From Limnochordia bacterium (GTDB lineage Bacteria; Bacillota; Limnochordia; DTU080), in contig JBMNJG010000007.1 in the NCBI GenBank assembly GCA_050951545.1, forward strand, positions 128,001-192,000: a stretch of 64,000 nt of DNA, written 5' to 3'. A model generated the notes under the pieces. That model saw only the letters and a program-made list of their open reading frames with translations. It was not told the DNA's origin and ran no database searches. Shown here piece after piece: positions 59,439 through 64,000 of the stretch (the first letter of the stretch is position 1; each line of letters begins with the position of its first letter). The translations under genes and the position numbers were made by a program.

Positions 59439-60287
59439 ATGTCCGACCAGCGGTACCTGATCATTCACGCTGATGATATCGGTATGTGTCATTCGGTTAA
59501 CGCGGCCACCTTTCAGGCTATGACCGACGGTGTGGCCAGCAGTGGCAGTGTCATGGTGCCTTGCCCATGGTTTCCGGAGGCGGCTGCCTGGGCCCGCGAG
59601 CACCCGCAAGCGGACCTCGGCATTCACCTTACATTAACTAGCGAGTGGCGTTACTATCGCTGGCGTCCAGTGGCTCCTCTCGAGAGCGTGCGCTCCCTAG
59701 TGGACGACGAGGGGTTCATGTGGCGCTCTACACGGGAAGTGATCCAACACGCAGATCCCAGAGAGGTTGAGCTTGAGGTCAGGTCGCAGATCGAGCGAGC
59801 CCTGGCCTTTGGTATGCAGCCTACGCATGCCGACTCGCACATGGGTACACTCTTTTACGACCCGCGTTTTTTTGAGATCTACGTGCGGGTCAGCCGAGAG
59901 TACGGTATCGCGCCCATGCTGATGGAGCTGACTGCGGAGCAGGTGGATGAGGCGCGTCGGCTCGGGGTGGATCTGCCGGGGCAGATGGCCCTCTCCAGGA
60001 AAGGTGCACCGTACCTTGACCGACTGATTCTCAGTGCGCAAGGGAACACCTTGGAGGAGCGTACTGCTGACTTCTACCGTCTGCTTGAGTCGCTCACACC
60101 TGGCGTCACCCAGATTATCGTTCATCTGATGCACGACGACGGGGAGGGGCGCCAAATCGCTTACAGCTGGCAGCGGCGCTACTGCGAGTTCCTCATCTGT
60201 ACCGCAGATGAGACAAAAGCTATACTCAATGCTCTAGGGGTCCAGTTGGTTGGCCACCGGGAACTCAAAGGGTTGCGACTAGAGTGA
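59439..60287 (+). CDS. YdjC/ChbG family carbohydrate deacetylase
   Basis: LIIHADDIG, DLGIHLTLTSEW, PTHADSHMG and IIVH motifs. Confidence 0.88.
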   Translation: MSDQRYLIIHADDIGMCHSVNAATFQAMTDGVASSGSVMVPCPWFPEAAAWAREHPQADLGIHLTLTSEWRYYRWRPVAPLESVRSLVDDEGFMWRSTREVIQHADPREVELEVRSQIERALAFGMQPTHADSHMGTLFYDPRFFEIYVRVSREYGIAPMLMELTAEQVDEARRLGVDLPGQMALSRKGAPYLDRLILSAQGNTLEERTADFYRLLESLTPGVTQIIVHLMHDDGEGRQIAYSWQRRYCEFLICTADETKAILNALGVQLVGHRELKGLRLE

Positions 60288-60303
60288 TTTGGGAGGGTGT
60301 CTG

Positions 60304-61065
60304 TTGCTTCTTGACATGCATGTGCATACGACGGCCTACTCCACCTGCGCGAATATGTCACCGCACGAGATGGCTGAGCGCGCTCGCGAAGTTGGCCTTG
60401 ATGGGGTTGTCATCACAGAACACAATGTGATCTGGTCGGATGAGGAAATGGCCGAGTTGCGGGATCGTTTTCCTGATCTTGTCTTCTTTCGAGGTGTGGA
60501 GGTCAGTGCCAAAGGGCATCATGTGCTTTTGTATGGCATTACCGATTTCTCTGGTTTTGAGGCGAGAATGCCTGTGCAGGATGTGGTGGCTGAGGCACAC
60601 AATCGGGGGGCTGTTGCCGTGTGGGCTCATCCCCTTCAGCACTCATTGACCCCGAGCTCGGAAGGCCTGCGAGCGGGATTTGACGCCTGTGAGACGCGGA
60701 GCGTCAACATCGATCGGCTAGAGCGGGACAAGTATCGTCAGCTTGCCAAGCGTCTGGGTATCCCAGAGATGGCCAACAGTGATGCACACCATACCCAGAC
60801 TCTGGGAGCCTATGCCACGCGCTTCACTGGCCCTTTGGGTGATGAGAAAGACATAGCGGATGCTATTAGGCGGGGCGCCTTTTGCGCCGAAGAGCGGCCG
60901 CAGTGGAGCGAGACTGCATCGGTGCTGCGGGAGCAGTTGTGGCATCGGAAGATCAGGGCCATGCTTGCTCGGGGTATCACAGACCCTGTGGAGGTCAAGC
61001 GCAAGACGGGGGCCTCTCTACAGCGTATTCATCAGATTGTCGTCCAGAAGGAGGCGGGTAGGTAG
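60304..61065 (+). CDS. PHP-domain metal-dependent phosphoesterase
   Basis: DMHVHT, ITEHN, GVEVS, WAHP and NSDAH motifs. Confidence 0.88.
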   Translation: MLLDMHVHTTAYSTCANMSPHEMAERAREVGLDGVVITEHNVIWSDEEMAELRDRFPDLVFFRGVEVSAKGHHVLLYGITDFSGFEARMPVQDVVAEAHNRGAVAVWAHPLQHSLTPSSEGLRAGFDACETRSVNIDRLERDKYRQLAKRLGIPEMANSDAHHTQTLGAYATRFTGPLGDEKDIADAIRRGAFCAEERPQWSETASVLREQLWHRKIRAMLARGITDPVEVKRKTGASLQRIHQIVVQKEAGR

Positions 61066-61087
61066 TGTCTACAGTGGCGTTCGCGCC

Positions 61088-62482
61088 TCAAGTCGTAGCC
61101 TGTAGCACTGAGGCCTGTTTCCAACGTCCTGCCCTGAACCAAATAGCCCCTACGAAGAAGAACAACACGTTCGTCAGCGGCAGGGCAATCCAATAGCCGT
61201 TGGCGCCGTAGCCCCACCGGTAGCTCATGGCAATCGCGAGAGGGATCTGAAACAGCCAACGTCCTGCGAAGGTGAGCACCGCGGGCGGTACGGTCTGGCC
61301 CGCGCCTCGGAAGGCCCCTTGCACAACGTCCAGCGCTCCCCAGAAGCCAAAGGAGAAGACGTGCAAGCGCAAAAACCTAGCGGCAGTAGAAGCTACCTCG
61401 TCACTCACGTGAAAGACTCCGATAATGGGCTCTGCAAACACGTAGAGGAGCATAGCTACTGCAGTGAGAAAGGCAAACATTACACCGGCACCGACCCAGG
61501 CCACGCGTTCCGCGCGCTCAGGGGTATTGGCGCCCAGATTCTGGCCTACACCAGCGGCCGCGGCCTGTTCCATGGCTCCCGAAGAGGTCCATACTACCGA
61601 CATCAGTCTGTTGACCAGGCCGTAGGCAGCTGCTTCGACGGGGCCAAAGCGGGATACGATGCCAGCCACCATAACCGAGGACACGCCTCGGGCACCCATG
61701 TCGAGCGACCCCGGTAACCCCAAAGCCGCAATGCGGCGTAATAGCGACCAGTCGGGTAAGAAGTGCATCGGTCTGAGCCGTAGGCCCAGCCGGCCACTGG
61801 CGAGGTGAAGCAGGCTGAGCACGGCTCCCAAGAGCATACTCAACCAGGTGGCCCAAGCGGCACCCACCACACCTAGAGCAGGTAACCCCAGCCAGCCATG
61901 AATGAGGAAAGGGTCTAGTACGACGTTGAGGAGCGTGGTGAGCAGCAGAAGATTGCGGGGGGTTTTGCTGTTCCCGCTCCCCTGGGAAACCGAGCGATAG
62001 GCTAGGTAAATGTAGTTGAAGGGAAGAGCGGATAACACGATCAAGAGATAGGCTGATCCGAGCTCCAAGACCTCGCCAGTGGCTCCCATAAGCGTGAGGA
62101 TGGTCTTGCGCAGTAGGATGCCCAGGCTGCCCAGAAACACTGCCACTACACAGGCGAGTAACACCACTTGTCCGGCGGTGCGCCCAACCTCATCGTGCTG
62201 GCCCGCCCCGGTGTATTGTGCCACAAAGGTGCTGCCAGCGATGGTCACGCCCAGCCCAAAAGAGAACGTCAACCACACGGTGGGATACGTCATGGCCACC
62301 GCGGCGACAGCCTCCGTGCCCACACCGGATACCCAGTACATGTCGGCGAGGTTGTAGAAAGTGTTGAGGATGTTGCCCACAAAAAGCGGCCAAGCAAGTG
62401 TCACCAGCCGCTGCATGATCGGACCTTCGGTGAGGTCTAGGCGGATACGATTGTTCCAACGATGATTTGCAGATTCTGCCAT
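61088..62482 (-). CDS. MATE family efflux transporter
   Basis: LTEGPI...L..LAWP, YNLAD, LNVVLDP.LI.G..GV.GAA.AT and VGQNLGA motifs. Confidence 0.93.
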   Translation of the reverse strand: MAESANHRWNNRIRLDLTEGPIMQRLVTLAWPLFVGNILNTFYNLADMYWVSGVGTEAVAAVAMTYPTVWLTFSFGLGVTIAGSTFVAQYTGAGQHDEVGRTAGQVVLLACVVAVFLGSLGILLRKTILTLMGATGEVLELGSAYLLIVLSALPFNYIYLAYRSVSQGSGNSKTPRNLLLLTTLLNVVLDPFLIHGWLGLPALGVVGAAWATWLSMLLGAVLSLLHLASGRLGLRLRPMHFLPDWSLLRRIAALGLPGSLDMGARGVSSVMVAGIVSRFGPVEAAAYGLVNRLMSVVWTSSGAMEQAAAAGVGQNLGANTPERAERVAWVGAGVMFAFLTAVAMLLYVFAEPIIGVFHVSDEVASTAARFLRLHVFSFGFWGALDVVQGAFRGAGQTVPPAVLTFAGRWLFQIPLAIAMSYRWGYGANGYWIALPLTNVLFFFVGAIWFRAGRWKQASVLQATT

Positions 62483-62523
62483 ACCCCTTTGTTCGCTCGG
62501 ACATGCTGCTCTTCCTGCACTAT

Positions 62524-63150
62524 CTATCGTCCATCGCGCCCAGTCCTCCGGTTGAGTTTTGAAGTTACGACGAAGTCTCCCTGAGTGAAGCGGCGCTCCA
62601 GAGGGCCCACTCCTGGTGCGTAGAAGAAGTCTGTGGTAGCTGCATCGGCAGTTGCGTCGGTGGCGACTATGCGCACATGCACGACATGCTTAAACGTCCC
62701 TACAGGCACTGTATGCGTGGCTTTGCTGGTGAGCAGCGTCGCCTCGGCAGCATTGGGTAGTTTCCATTGAGTACCTTCACGCAGAGGCCAGGGAAGGAGT
62801 TTCCTATCCTTCGTCTTGTCTCGCTGTGTGATGGCCGGACTCTGGAGCAGGCTCTCTCCAGAGTAGTGCTCCCCTTGAGAGAGAATCTCGTATGCCCCGT
62901 CATGACGGAGCTCGATTACTCGCGCGAGAACTGTACCGCCGTTGGCCTCCATAACCTGGTAGAGGTTCCCATTGGCATGTGACACTTGGGCGGTAAACGT
63001 CGCGTACTCGTTTCCTTCACCGACGTACTCAAAACGGTTTCCCACCTGCAGGCCAAGCAGATCGCGTAGGACCGCTATGGCTTGCTGCCGGCCGCAGCCG
63101 CCTGTGAGCAAAGCCAGCGTGATAACGATGGATACAGCAAACCGCAACAT
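62524..63150 (-). CDS. Hypothetical lipoprotein
   Basis: Lipobox LTGGC; GEGNEYA, TVPVGTF and YAPGVG motifs. Confidence 0.7.
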   Translation of the reverse strand: MLRFAVSIVITLALLTGGCGRQQAIAVLRDLLGLQVGNRFEYVGEGNEYATFTAQVSHANGNLYQVMEANGGTVLARVIELRHDGAYEILSQGEHYSGESLLQSPAITQRDKTKDRKLLPWPLREGTQWKLPNAAEATLLTSKATHTVPVGTFKHVVHVRIVATDATADAATTDFFYAPGVGPLERRFTQGDFVVTSKLNRRTGRDGR

Positions 63151-63219
63151 CCAGATTCCCCCTGAAGGCGTGTGTGTTTACTATACCCGGAGTATCGAAA
63201 ATGCAACGCTGGTCGCCTA

Positions 63220-63798
63220 TCAGGCATCCAGGTGGGCAAGGCTCTTGATGATCTGCACGATGCGTGACAGACGTCGCTCACTCCACTCGCCCCACAGGAT
63301 AAGGTCTGCCACCGCCTTGGTCGGAGCTGTGAATGCTCGGTGGTTGTGCAACACGTCCTGGCGATACCACGAGATCACGTTGCCAAGGTCGAGTCCATGT
63401 TGGTTGACATTGCGCTCGACGCGCCGCAACACGCGTTCTTCGTCGTCCATGTCCACGTAGATGGAAAGGTCAACCATCTCGGCGAGCCAAGTGAAGGTGA
63501 GGCAAAGGTGGCCTTCGACAAGGTTGATGCGGCGAGGTTCGACGTTGTAGGCGGGGCGTTGTCCGCGAGCTGGCACATGTGCGGGTTCGCCCTGCCGCAG
63601 TGCATAGACTGCAGTCCGCAGTTGTTCTTCGTCGATGCTCTCAGGGCGGTTGTTTGTGGTCGTGCCCGGACGGAAGAAGGCATCGGTGCGCAGAATGCTC
63701 ACGTGATCCGCACCGATGCGCTCTTGCAGAGCGGTTACCAGCGTGCTCTTGCCTGCCCCGGTGCCGCCGCCTATGCCGATCAGAAGTGTTTGTCTCAT
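63220..63798 (-). CDS. Uridine kinase-like P-loop kinase
   Basis: LIGIGGGTGAGKST, LVEG, R..RR..R and PTK..AD motifs; RBS GGAGG before ATG 63798. Confidence 0.8.
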   Translation of the reverse strand: MRQTLLIGIGGGTGAGKSTLVTALQERIGADHVSILRTDAFFRPGTTTNNRPESIDEEQLRTAVYALRQGEPAHVPARGQRPAYNVEPRRINLVEGHLCLTFTWLAEMVDLSIYVDMDDEERVLRRVERNVNQHGLDLGNVISWYRQDVLHNHRAFTAPTKAVADLILWGEWSERRLSRIVQIIKSLAHLDA

Positions 63799-63831
63799 GG
63801 AAGACCTCCAAACCATCGCATTGCGTGACCA

Positions 63832-63857
63832 ATTCGGTTGCGATGGTTCGAAGTCCT
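63832..63857 (-). promoter_or_regulatory. SigH-like promoter of the kinase gene
   Basis: AGGA-N18-GAAT. Confidence 0.55.
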
Positions 63858-63868
63858 GGCAGCGGGTG

Positions 63869-64000
63869 TCAGCGGCGTAGGCTACTCGCAGCCACCAGCG
63901 CCTCAAAGAGGCTGGCTACGCCTAGCGTAGCTGGCTCCTCAAGCAAGATACCGCCTGCGGCCTGGGTAGCGGCCAAGACTAACGGGTCTGCATTGGGAAC
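63869..64000 (-). CDS. 3' end of a gene entering from the right edge (possibly a HAD hydrolase)
   Basis: The frame reads ...VPNADPLVLAATQAAGGILLEEPATLGVASLFEAL...*, resembling the HAD motif-IV tail. Confidence 0.35.
   Translation of the reverse strand, partial: VPNADPLVLAATQAAGGILLEEPATLGVASLFEALVAASSLRR

Noticed and set aside
1-64000. CRISPR array, IS element, integrase or prophage
   Set aside because: By eye I found no regularly spaced repeats, transposase or recombinase motifs, or phage genes.

Overview
High-GC, endospore-forming Bacillota chromosome segment (Limnochordia/Clostridia-like; inferred from spoVT, yabP/yabQ, spoIID-like and ytaF-like genes). 9.6-27.4 kb is the conserved glmU-prs-rplY-pth-mfd-spoVT-mazG-hup-yabP-yabQ-divIC-yabR-DUF501/ppx-tRNA-Leu backbone. 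It carries several oddities: a C-terminally truncated GlmU, strand-flipped mazG and hup, a DUF501-Ppx fusion, and inserted sugar isomerases. Right of tRNA-Leu is an accessory region with a glycan-utilisation-like cluster and a complete six-gene type-1 BREX phage-defence operon (brxA-brxB-brxC-pglX-pglZ-brxL, 35.5-48.3 kb, minus strand). The operon has two orphan ORFs after brxL and a cryptic frameshifted segment between pglX and pglZ. Further right are a cobalamin-riboswitch-controlled B12 transporter with cobD, a two-domain orphan with a degenerate nitrilase-like domain, and assorted catabolic genes. Two tRNAs were found; no CRISPR array, integrase or IS. All family calls come from motif recognition by eye, not database searches.
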